Source: Haplodiscus bocki (taxonomy: Eukaryota). Taken from it: a stretch of DNA of 64,000 bases. Positions 38,927 to 51,252 of the stretch are shown here, piece after piece (the stretch's first letter is position 1; the number at the start of each line of letters is the position of its first letter). The notes beneath the pieces are model-generated. The model was not told the DNA's origin. It did not search any database and saw only the letters and a list, made by a program, of their open reading frames with translations. The translations under genes and the position numbers were made by a program. The stretch lies in NCBI GenBank assembly GCA_965655095.1, contig OZ296652.1:107136001-107200000 (forward strand), read 5' to 3'.

Positions 38927-41900
38927 GTTTGGCGGGGTTGCTTAGCACAGTCAGACAACTCAACTGCGCTGTATAGGGGAAAAAGTATCACTTTTGCAAA
39001 AACAGTGTCTTAAAACATTGATGTTATTTATTCAATGATACAATAGGTTACTAAAAGACATACGTAGTTCCAAACAAGCACGTTAGCACGTTGGATGTCA
39101 GAGCACGTAACTTTGCGTGGGTCAATGTTTGAAAATGATTCAAAGGAACAAAAAGTGAGAGAAATTGGAAAGTGAGTTCGCCATTGAAAACAAAATCTTG
39201 TTGCAAAAAGGAAAGAACAAGAGAGTGAAAATAAATCAGTTAGAGCAGTTCCCGTTGGCAGCAATTTGGAATTATTGTTCATGGACTGTTTCAAAGTTTG
39301 CCCATATACAGGTTAGGATCACACAAAACTGCCCTCTAAAGGTTCAGACCATTTCACATTGAGATGGAGCATTTTGAAGTTTAGTTGTACCTGGGGTCAA
39401 AAGGTGTACACCTTGTTTGGACCGGCATACAAGAAGTTACAGTTCGATAATACGTCGTACTGATTTGTTCCTCCGCTGAGCACTCATTAGGACATGTATA
39501 TGCATCAAGTCTGTCCCTCCGAGAAATTCACAGAAAAAACTGGCTGTCCGTTTTTTAAGGTTTTCCTGTTTGTATGGCGCCACTGCTACTATTATTTAAA
39601 GATCCGGTTTTGTAATCTCGAATAATCAGAAACTGCACTATTAACATTCTGCATTAAGTGTGCAACCGACAGCTTCTCAACTGCAGAGCACTTTCCGGGT
39701 GAAGAGTAACCAATTTTCTTCTTTTAGTTTGAATGCTGGTAGCTCGAAAACTATCCATGGTCCTCTACTTTCAGACTTTGTTGACATTCAAAATCAAACT
39801 TTTTAAAAAAACAGCCTGAACCTTTTTAAAGGCCAATGTAACCACCCGACGGAAAATGAGGGTTTTTTTGGAAAAACTGCAGCTGATAAATGTTATTTAT
39901 TCAACACTAGTTTTTGCTTTTCTCCTACAGAGGTCACAATCAACAACTCTATAAAGCAGGGTAACTTTCATAAAATCATCATCTACTTTCTCTGCCTCGG
40001 AGTCCTGATAGACGGAAGTAGCCAAATTTGTAAAAAACATTTACAGACCTAGTTTATCTAACCGCAAAAGTCCTCGAATGTAGGATTTTGAAAAAACCTC
40101 CTTGGAGCCCTCGCTGTCAATTCTGTACTTGACACTGACCATTAGGCCGAAAAAATGCGGACTGTGACCTTAAGTGTCGGAAGCAACCTTGACAGTCCAG
40201 AAAATACTAAAAATGACAATCGTTTCTCTTATCCTGGTTTTGAACTCCATGTTGCTACAAGAACGAGACTTGCTTTCACCCACGACCTAAAAAGTGTCAT
40301 ATGACTAACTGAAGAGAAGTTGTCCGGTGGAAACTCCGTGATTTTTGGAAGAGCAACAGTTCTAAATGGAAACCCGATAAACATGAAGGGTGCAAGCGCT
40401 TAAGTTAGTTTGTTGATATTGAGAATGACAAAATTCTAAAGTTTTCGACAAGATGTTTGCGCCAAAGACTTACTCTACAACTTTTCATTCAGTCAAAGTC
40501 TTGCTGGAAAATCATTTGTTCTCTCGATTGTTTCTATAGATCCTCAACGGAGTTGTTGCAGTGTGACTGCTGTTATTAACAGTTTCAGAAAAATCGACTC
40601 AAACATAGAGCCAATAGTTATTGTTGAGCAATAGAGACCGCAAGACGCCATTTTGCGATGATCATGTTTTGGCAAGCTTTTTAAATTTACAAATGAGACG
40701 GTGTGTCTCTTATGCTGACTGAAGAAGTTTTGGAGTAATCATGAAACCGTTCCCAAAAAGCTTCAATTTGTTTATGTAGACTTTCTCGATTTGCACTTTA
40801 CTTGTATTTTAAATTGAAAAAGGCTGTCTGCATGATCTGTTGATTCCCTTGATTCAAAAATAATCCGAACAGACAGGTGATCCAATCAGTGAGACAATCA
40901 GTCTCCAAAACCTCGTCTAGCTGGACAGTCTTCGTGATAATTGATCCATGAAGAACATCTGTCTTTAGTGTTGAACTCCTCAGAAACGGAAGCGTTAAAT
41001 CTAAATTTTGATTATCCACCGGCCTGAGAGCGTTATGCAAAATCTCATTGAAAAATCGCCAGTATGCATATTAACAAGCAAAGTCTTGAAACTAAAAGTT
41101 TGGCCTTTCGAAAACGTACTGAAATACTTCAACAGTCGCATATGAAGAAAAACCAGTTAGTGCACACCCCACTGGGCAGTTGTTTGAAACTTTTCTTTCA
41201 AAACTTTGATTTGGGATTAGTCTGAAACATGGCCTCATACATGTTGGGCTCTCATACAAAAGTACAAGAAAGATTCAGGTCACAAGCAAAACTTGACTTC
41301 GATATGGAGCACTTTGAAAACGAGGTCGTTCAAGAAGGTTTATTCATTGCGTGGATCCGTTTTCAGGAAGATACAGTGTGATATTACGTCTACTTCGCAA
41401 GATAATCTTCTGTTAAAAAATGGTTTTATAATGTCTATGGGTCAAGTCAAAATTTTGAATGTTCCAAACAAAAATTATTGTTTCATGTGTCTCTGGCACC
41501 TACGCTACTTTTATTTGCAGGTATCGGTTTTGAGACTCCAAATATTACTAAAACAGGAACTCAATGTTGTGCATCGAGGCTGAAATTCACAGTCCTTCAT
41601 GTGCAGAAGACTTCTCGAGCGGAAACTTTTGATTTCTGGTCCTCAAATTTGAATGCTGGTAATGCAAAAAACAAACAAGGTCAGGAAATAATTGAAATTG
41701 GTCGAAGAAACTCTTGTCCATTTTATTCAAAAAAACAGGCGAGATGTCTCACCTTAAGGTCTCATTAGGCTGCATTTTCTACTGTGGGTGACCATGATGT
41801 TTGGACTTTACTGATTCCTTGTTTTCTCTCAAAAATACAGATAACTAAAAGCTGGCAGATTATGCTTGTAACTTGTAAATAAAACCACATGCAAAAAGTT

Positions 41901-44900
41901 GTTTCCTCAACACAACCTTCTACAACCATCCCTCGGAGGTCCCCCTAACATCTTAACATTGAAGTGCACTTTTAAAAAAAACGTCTTTTGTTTTATCAGC
42001 GTCTGAGACCTGGCAGACCGAAAACGTCAACCTTGAGCTCAATAGATACATACATTGGTTTTCAAACTTCTAAATTCGGTGAAATTAACAGCATGAAAAT
42101 TGCCACCACTAGCTCCGCCGTCAGTTCTTTACTTCCGGCTGAAAATTCAGTGAAAAGCTTACAACTTTTAATTCACGGTGTTGAAAGAAGATTTGATGGT
42201 CCGGAAAGGCCTAAACTAGACATTTTTGACTTCTCCTTGTTATGAAATACATGTTCCTACAAAAATTGGCTGGATTTTGTTACAAAAGTTTTTGTTTGAC
42301 ACAAATCAATCTGTAGATAAGTTGTTGGATGGAAACTCCTAGACTTCTGCAAGAGCAACATCTCGCAAAGAAAAACCGAAATTGTCGAAGGGTGCAACTG
42401 CTAATGATATTTATTCGATATTCAACATCATTGTTTTCTGAAGCCCTCGATTTGAACTCTGCGATCTTAGATTTAACCGACAAAAAGTTATTTAGTCAAA
42501 TTTTTGGTGACAAAGTGTCCGTTATCTCGTCCATTTTTGCGCACAAGTGACAGAATAAATTGCACCTAGAGAGCTAGAATTTCTAAGTCAGGCAAATCTA
42601 GTCAGTCACCGAGGCATATTTCTGCTGTGCAACCAAGACAGCAAGTACCAAAGTACCAACGTGGAGATAAACTTGGTTTACACACTTCCATTACATTAGA
42701 CGGAGAAACTCTCTTGCTGTCTCAGAAACTTGTGGCGTAAGCTTCAGACTGTTCCAAAGACTTTGAAATAGTCTATGTAGATTTCGTAGTTTTGCGCTGT
42801 TATTGTATATTCCAGCAGCTTTGTGTATCTTCAAGAAACGTATTTTCAATTGTTTTTAAAAAAAACCACTTCACAGCGTTTCGTAACATTTAGAGTTTCA
42901 ATCTCCAAATCTTTTCCTAACTAGACAACGTTGGTCAAAATTTTCTGATTGAAGACTAAAAATTAAATTTAGTGTTCAACTTTTCAGAGTCGAAAGAGGT
43001 GAATATCATATTGAAAACCATTGGGAAGTACAAGCCTTACACAATATGTCACTGACTAATGGATAATTTGCATTGTTAACAAACAGTTACTTTAAACATA
43101 TGAAAAGCACTATTTCCAGCTGAACGGATTTTGGTCAGTAGCGGCCAACGTCAGAGATAGCATGTTGCGGCCAAAAAAACGTTGGTGGGGTAGCTTACCA
43201 CTGTAAGACACCTACTCTGTATGAAGCAGAAAAAGTCATCACTATTGCGAAATCTGTATCTTTAAACATCGAATTTAACTATTCATTGGAATAAAAAAGT
43301 ACCAGAAAAACAGACGCAGATCCAAAAAAGCACGTTGGATGTCAGAGCACATGACCTTGCGCAGGCTATATGTGGAAGATGGTTCGAAAGAACAGAAAGT
43401 GGAAGAAATTGGAAAATAAGTACGCCATCGAAATGCAAGGTGTCTTTTCATTATATTCATAAAAAAAATTAGTTAAACGAGCCTGTATCTCAACAATCGA
43501 AAGATTTTGAAGCACCATGGTTTCAGTTGGAGCAATGATGGCCACTCTCGCAATTAGGCATCCAAAAAAGTACTGAAACCATTCAACAGTCGCATATGAA
43601 GAAAAACCAGTTAGTGCCTATCCCGTTGGGCAGTAGTCTGAAACTTTTCTTTCAGATTTTTGATCTGGGTTAGTCTGAAACATGGCCTTATACATGTTGG
43701 GCTCACATACAACTGTACAATAAAGATTCTGGTAACCTGAGAGCGTCATCCAAAATCTCTTTGAATAATCGATAGTATGCATATTAACAAGCAAAGTCTT
43801 GAAACTAAAAGTTTGGCCATTGGAAAAAGTACTGAAATAATTCAACAGTCGCATATGGAGAAAAACCCGTAGAGGCACGTCCCGTTTGGCAATAATTTGA
43901 AACTATGCTTTAAAAGTTTTGATCTGGGATTAGTCGGAATTATGGCGTTATACATGTTGGTCTCACATACATTTGTACACTAACGATTCACGTCGCTAGC
44001 ACAACTTGACCTTGAGATGGTGCATTTTGAAGATGAGGTGGGTTCAAGAAGGTTTACTCGTTGCTTGGATCGGTTGTCAGGAAGATACGATACGTTATCA
44101 CAAGATCTTCTGCTTAAAACTCGATATACAATGTATATGGGTCAAGTCAGCAATTTCAAGGCTTCAAACAAAATTTATTGTTTTATAAGTCTCTCGCGCC
44201 TACGCTACTATTATTTGCAGATATTGGTTTTCAAACTCAAAATACTATTAAACTATGAATTCAATGTTGCGCATCGACGTTGAAACTAAAAGTACTTCTT
44301 GTGCAAAGCCCTTCTCAAGTGGAAACTATTGAAATTTGGTCCTCCAGTTTGAATGCCGGTAATGCGAAAAATGACCGAGGTCAGGAATCAATTAATATTG
44401 CTCGAAACGAGTGTCCGTTTTTCTCAAAAAAACAGACCAGATGTCTCACCTTAAGGTCTCATTAGGCAGCTTTTTTCCTGGTGGATGACCATGATATTTG
44501 GACTTTATACGTTTGTTTTTCTCTCATAATTACTGATAACTAAAAGCTGGCAGAATATACTGGTAACTTGAAAATAACTCCACATGCAAAAAGTTGTTTC
44601 CTCAACACAACCTTCTTCAACCGTCCCTCGGAGTTCCCCCTAACATCTTAACATTGAAGGGGATTTTTAGAAAAACGTTCTTTGATTTCTCAGTGTCTGA
44701 GAACTGGCAGACCGAAAACGTCAACTTTGAGCTTCATTATTACATACGTCGGTTTTCAAACTTCTGAACTCGGTAAAATGAACAGCATGAAAACTGCCAC
44801 CAACAGCTCGGCCGCCAGTTCTTTACTTCCGGATGAAAATTCATTCAAAAGCTTACAAGTATTAACTCATGGTGTCAAAAGCAGATTTGATGTCCGGTAA

Positions 44901-46339
44901 GGCCTAAACTAGACCTTATTTTTGATTAATCCCGGTTATGCAGTTCATGTTCTTACGAAATTTGGCCGGATTTTGGTACAGATGTTTTTATTTGACAGCA
45001 ATCAGTCTGTAAATAAGTTGTTGGATGGAAACTCTTAGACTTCTGCAAAAGCAACTTCTCGCAAATAAAGGCCAAAATTGACGAAAGGTTCAATGCGAAG
45101 GATAATTTTTCGATATTCAACATCATTGTTTTCTGAAGCTCTCGTTTTGAACTCTGCCATCTTACACTTAACCGACAACTTTTTATTGAGTCAATTTCTT
45201 GATGACAGAGTGTGCGTTGTCTCATTCTTTTTTACCCACAATTGACAGAATATATTGGAGCTAGACTGCCAGAATTCCTAAGTCAGACAAATCGAGTCAG
45301 TCAAAGAGGCAGACTTCTGCTGTACAACGGAGAGCGCAAGTACCAATGTGGAAATAACTTTGGCTTCGACACTTCCATTACATAAGTTGGAGAGACTCTC
45401 TTGCTGTCTCAGGAACTTGTGGTCTTAACATCAAACTGTTCAAAAAACATTAAAGTTGTCCACATAGACTTCTGTTTTTGCCGTTCTCGTGTATATTCAA
45501 TCAGCTATGTGTGTTTCAAGAAGCGTATCTCCAATTGTTCCAGAAAAAGTCCCACTTGACAGCGTTTCGTAACATACAGAATTGCTATCTCCAAATCCCT
45601 TCCTAAGTGGACAACGTTAGTCATAACTTTCCCCTTAAAGGTTAACAAATGTATAAAGTGTTGAATTCTTCATAGTTGAAAGAGGTATATCTCAATTTAA
45701 TAATCACTGGGAATTACCGGCATTACCCAATAATTCACTGACTAACGGAAGTTTTGTATTGTTAACAAACAGATACTTTAAGCAAATGAAAGAAACTATG
45801 ACAATCCGAACAGATTTTGGTCAGTGGCTGCAACGACCAAAATAGGCATGTCCCGGCAAACAGTGTTGGCGGGGTAGTTTACCACGGTGAGACAACTACG
45901 CTGTATAAATAAGAAAAGTCATCACTCATTGAGATCACATCATTGACGATATCTAATCATTGAAACAAAAAACAACCATAAAAACAGATGTTGATCCCAA
46001 CGAGCACGTTGGATGTCAAAACACGTTATTTTGTGTGGGCTAAATAAGGAAAACAATACGAAGGCACAATAAGTGAAAGAAATTTGAAAGTAAGTACGCC
46101 ATTGAAAACCATATTGTGTTGCAATGCAATTGTGAAAAACCGATCTAACGAGCACGTGTCTCAACTATCAGAATTGAAACTATAAAGTAGCAGAAAAACA
46201 GACGTGGGTCCAAACAAGCACGTTGGAAGTCAAATCACGTGACATGGCGTCTGCCAAATGTCTAAAACGGTTCGAAGGAAGAAGAAGTGAAAGAAATTGG
46301 GAAGTGTGTACACCATTGAAAACAAAACTTTTTACAATA

Positions 46340-49300
46340 CAATTGTGAAAAACCGGTCGAAAGGGCGAGTAATTCAAATATCAAAAGAATTAAAGAACCA
46401 AAAGAAAGATTGCAGCTACAATGGACACAGTGGTATCTAGGGAGTCGAAAAACTAATGAAAATAATCAACAGCCTGATTTGAAGAAAAATCAGTTAAAGC
46501 AGTTCCCGTTGGCGTTAAATTGAAACTTCTTTTCCTTGACTGGTTCAAAATTTAGCCCTCAACAGGTTATGATCACACAATACTGCGCGCTAAACGTTCA
46601 GTTCACTCTCACCATTTGATATTGAGATGGAGCAATTTGAAGTTCAGTTGTACCTGGGGTCAGAAGGTGTACACTTTGTTGAGACCGGCATTCAAGAGGT
46701 TACAGTTCGATAAAACGTCGTACCGATTTGTTCGTCTGCTCAGCACTCAATGAGACATGTCTTTGCATCAAGTCTGTCTATCCGGGAATTTCACAGAAGT
46801 TACTGGCTTTCCGTTTTTTGGGGTTTCCTGTTTCTATGGCGCCACTGCTACTAATAATTAAAGATCTGGTTTTGTAAATTCAAAATGACCAGAAACTGCA
46901 CACTTAACATTCTGCATCAAGCGTGCAGCCGACAGCTTCTCAACTGCAGGGCACTTCCCAAGTGAAGAATAACCAGTTTTCTTCTTTTAGTTTGAATGGT
47001 GGTAGTTCAAAAACTACCCAACGTCCTCTTTTTTCAAACTTTCTTGACATTTAAAAATAGATTTCGAGAAAAAACAGCCTGGATATTTTTAAAGGTCGTT
47101 TGAACGTGCTCTCTGGCTTTAAAGTGTCCAAGATATTCAAAAAATGTTGATTGGTTCTTTCTATTTCTTGTCTTGACGTTCAGAAACCGACGGAAAACGA
47201 GGGTTTTTTGGAAAAACTGCAACTGAAAAAAGTTATATCATCAGCACTATGTGTCTCATTCCTCCTATAGAGGTCACAACCAACATCTTCAATTATCAGG
47301 GTAACTTTCGTAAAGTCGTCATCCGTGTTGTCTGCCTCTGAGTCCTGATAGACCGAAATAGCTAAACTTGTAAAAATTTTTCACCGAATTCGTTATTCAA
47401 ACCGCAAAATCCTCGAATGTAGGATTTTGAAAAAGCTCCCACGAGCCCTCACCGTCAGTTCTATATTTGACACTGGCCATTGGGGAGAAAGAACGAGGGT
47501 TTTGATCTTTAGTGTCGGAAGTAACCTTGACAGTCCAGAAAACACAAAAAGTGATAATCCTTTTTTATCCCGGTTTTGAACTCCGTGTTCCTAGAATAAC
47601 ACGGCTTACTTTCACCCACGAGCTAGAAAGTGATATTGACTAACTGCAAAATTTGTCCGATGGAAACTCCGTGATTTTTAGAAGAGCAACAGTTCTTAAT
47701 GTAAACCCGACGAAGATGATTGACGCAAGTGCCTAAGTTAGATTGTCGCTATTGGAAAAGACTATTTTCTAAAGTTTTCGGTTTGATTTTTGACGCCAAA
47801 GAGTTACCCTACAACTTTTCATTCAGTCAAAGTCTTGCTTAATAATCATTTGTATCATCGATTATTTCTACAGATCTTCAACTGAAGTTATCGCAGTTTG
47901 TCTGCAATTATTAACAGATTCAGAAAACTCGACTCAAACATAGAGCCAATGAATATTGTTGAGCAACAGAGACCGCAACACGCCATTTTGCGAAGATCAT
48001 GTGTTCGGCACGCTCTTGACCTTTACAGATGGGACGGTGTGTCTCTTTTGCTAACTGAAGAAGATTTGGAGTTATCACAAAACCATTCCCATAAAGCTTC
48101 AATTTGTCTATGTAGACTTTCTGGTTTTGCGCCTTACGTGTTTTTTCAATCGATTATGTGTGCCTTCAAGAACTGTCCATTACCTTGATTTCAAAAAAGT
48201 CCCAACAGACAGCTGATCCAAAAGGTGAGACAACCAAACTCCGAAACTTAGTCTAGCTGAACAGCCTTCATGTTACTTGACCCATAGAACATCTGTCTTT
48301 AGTGTTAAACTCCTCAGAAATGGAAGCGTTCAATGTAAGTTTTGAATAGCCACCAACTTGACAACGATATCAAAAAAAAACAAAAGCTAATCGCTAGTCT
48401 GCATTGCTAACAAGCAAAGTCTTGGAACCAAAAACTTGTCCGACTACCACCTCATCAAAAATTTGGTCAGTGACTGCAAAGATCAAAATAAGCATGTCAC
48501 GGGCCAAACATGAATGGCTTGGTAGCTTACCATAGCGAGACAACTACGCTATAAATGACAAAGAGTAATCACTATTGCAAAATCAGTATCTCTAAGCATC
48601 TAATTTATCTATTCACTGAAACAATAAAGTACCAGAAAAACAGACGTGGATCCAAACAAGCACGTTGGATGTCAGATCACGTGACATTGCGTGTGCCGAA
48701 TGTAGAAGACGGTTCGAAGGAAGAAGAAGTGAAAGAAATTGGGAAATGTGTACACCTTTGAAAACAAAATCTGTTACAATGCAATTGTGAAAAACCGGTC
48801 GAAAGGGCGAGTAATTCAAATATCAAAAGAATTAAAGAACCAAAAGAAAGATTGCAGCTACAATGGACACAGTGGTATCTAGGGAGTCGAAAAACTAATG
48901 AAAATAATCAACAGCCTGATTTGAAGAAAAATCAGTTAAAGCAGTTCCCGTTGGCGTTAAATTGAAACTTCTTTTCCTTGACTGGTTCAAAATTTAGCCC
49001 TCAACAGGTTATGATCACACAATACTGCGCGCTAAACGTTCAGTTCACTCTCACCATTTGATATTGAGATGGAGCAATTTGAAGTTCAGTTGTACCTGGG
49101 GTCAGAAGGTGTACACTTTGTTGAGACCGGCATTCAAGAGGTTACAGTTCGATAAAACGTCGTACCGATTTGTTCGTCTGCTCAGCACTCAATGAGACAT
49201 GTCTTTGCATCAAGTCTGTCTATCCGGGAATTTCACAGAAGTTACTGGCTTTCCGTTTTTTGGGGTTTCCTGTTTCTATGGCGCCACTGCTACTAATAAT

Positions 49301-51252
49301 TAAAGATCTGGTTTTGTAAATTCAAAATGACCAGAAACTGCACACTTAACATTCTGCATCAAGCGTGCAGCCGACAGCTTCTCAACTGCAGGGCACTTCC
49401 CAAGTGAAGAATAACCAGTTTTCTTCTTTTAGTTTGAATGGTGGTAGTTCAAAAACTACCCAACGTCCTCTTTTTTCAAACTTTCTTGACATTTAAAAAT
49501 AGATTTCGAGAAAAAACAGCCTGGATATTTTTAAAGGTCGTTTGAACGTGCTCTCTGGCTTTAAAGTGTCCAAGATATTCAAAAAATGTTGATTGGTTCT
49601 TTCTATTTCTTGTCTTGACGTTCAGAAACCGACGGAAAACGAGGGTTTTTTGGAAAAACTGCAACTGAAAAAAGTTATATCATCAGCACTATGTGTCTCA
49701 TTCCTCCTATAGAGGTCACAACCAACATCTTCAATTATCAGGGTAACTTTCGTAAAGTCGTCATCCGTGTTGTCTGCCTCTGAGTCCTGATAGACCGAAA
49801 TAGCTAAACTTGTAAAAATTTTTCACCGAATTCGTTATTCAAACCGCAAAATCCTCGAATGTAGGATTTTGAAAAAGCTCCCACGAGCCCTCACCGTCAG
49901 TTCTATATTTGACACTGGCCATTGGGGAGAAAGAACGAGGGTTTTGATCTTTAGTGTCGGAAGTAACCTTGACAGTCCAGAAAACACAAAAAGTGATAAT
50001 CCTTTTTTATCCCGGTTTTGAACTCCGTGTTCCTAGAATAACACGGCTTACTTTCACCCACGAGCTAGAAAGTGATATTGACTAACTGCAAAATTTGTCC
50101 GATGGAAACTCCGTGATTTTTAGAAGAGCAACAGTTCTTAATGTAAACCCGACGAAGATGATTGACGCAAGTGCCTAAGTTAGATTGTCGCTATTGGAAA
50201 AGACTATTTTCTAAAGTTTTCGGTTTGATTTTTGACGCCAAAGAGTTACCCTACAACTTTTCATTCAGTCAAAGTCTTGCTTAATAATCATTTGTATCAT
50301 CGATTATTTCTACAGATCTTCAACTGAAGTTATCGCAGTTTGTCTGCAATTATTAACAGATTCAGAAAACTCGACTCAAACATAGAGCCAATGAATATTG
50401 TTGAGCAACAGAGACCGCAACACGCCATTTTGCGAAGATCATGTGTTCGGCACGCTCTTGACCTTTACAGATGGGACGGTGTGTCTCTTTTGCTAACTGA
50501 AGAAGATTTGGAGTTATCACAAAACCATTCCCATAAAGCTTCAATTTGTCTATGTAGACTTTCTGGTTTTGCGCCTTACGTGTTTTTTCAATCGATTATG
50601 TGTGCCTTCAAGAACTGTCCATTACCTTGATTTCAAAAAAGTCCCAACAGACAGCTGATCCAAAAGGTGAGACAACCAAACTCCGAAACTTAGTCTAGCT
50701 GAACAGCCTTCATGTTACTTGACCCATAGAACATCTGTCTTTAGTGTTAAACTCCTCAGAAATGGAAGCGTTCAATGTAAGTTTTGAATAGCCACCAACT
50801 TGACAACGATATCAAAAAAAAACAAAAGCTAATCGCTAGTCTGCATTGCTAACAAGCAAAGTCTTGGAACCAAAAACTTGTCCGACTACCACCTCATCAA
50901 AAATTTGGTCAGTGACTGCAAAGATCAAAATAAGCATGTCACGGGCCAAACATGAATGGCTTGGTAGCTTACCATAGCGAGACAACTACGCTATAAATGA
51001 CAAAGAGTAATCACTATTGCAAAATCAGTATCTCTAAGCATCTAATTTATCTATTCACTGAAACAATAAAGTACCAGAAAAACAGACGTGGATCCAAACA
51101 AGCACGTTGGATGTCAGATCACGTGACATTGCGTGTGCCGAATGTAGAAGACGGTTCGAAGGAAGAAGAAGTGAAAGAAATTGGGAAATGTGTACACCTT
51201 TGAAAACAAAATCTGTTACAATGCAATTGTGAAAAACCGGTCGAAAGGGCGA
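46340..51252. repeat. Near-perfect tandem duplication, period 2442 bp
   Basis: ORFs are duplicated at +2442 (47034/49476, 47898/50340, 48555/50997). Confidence 0.95.
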
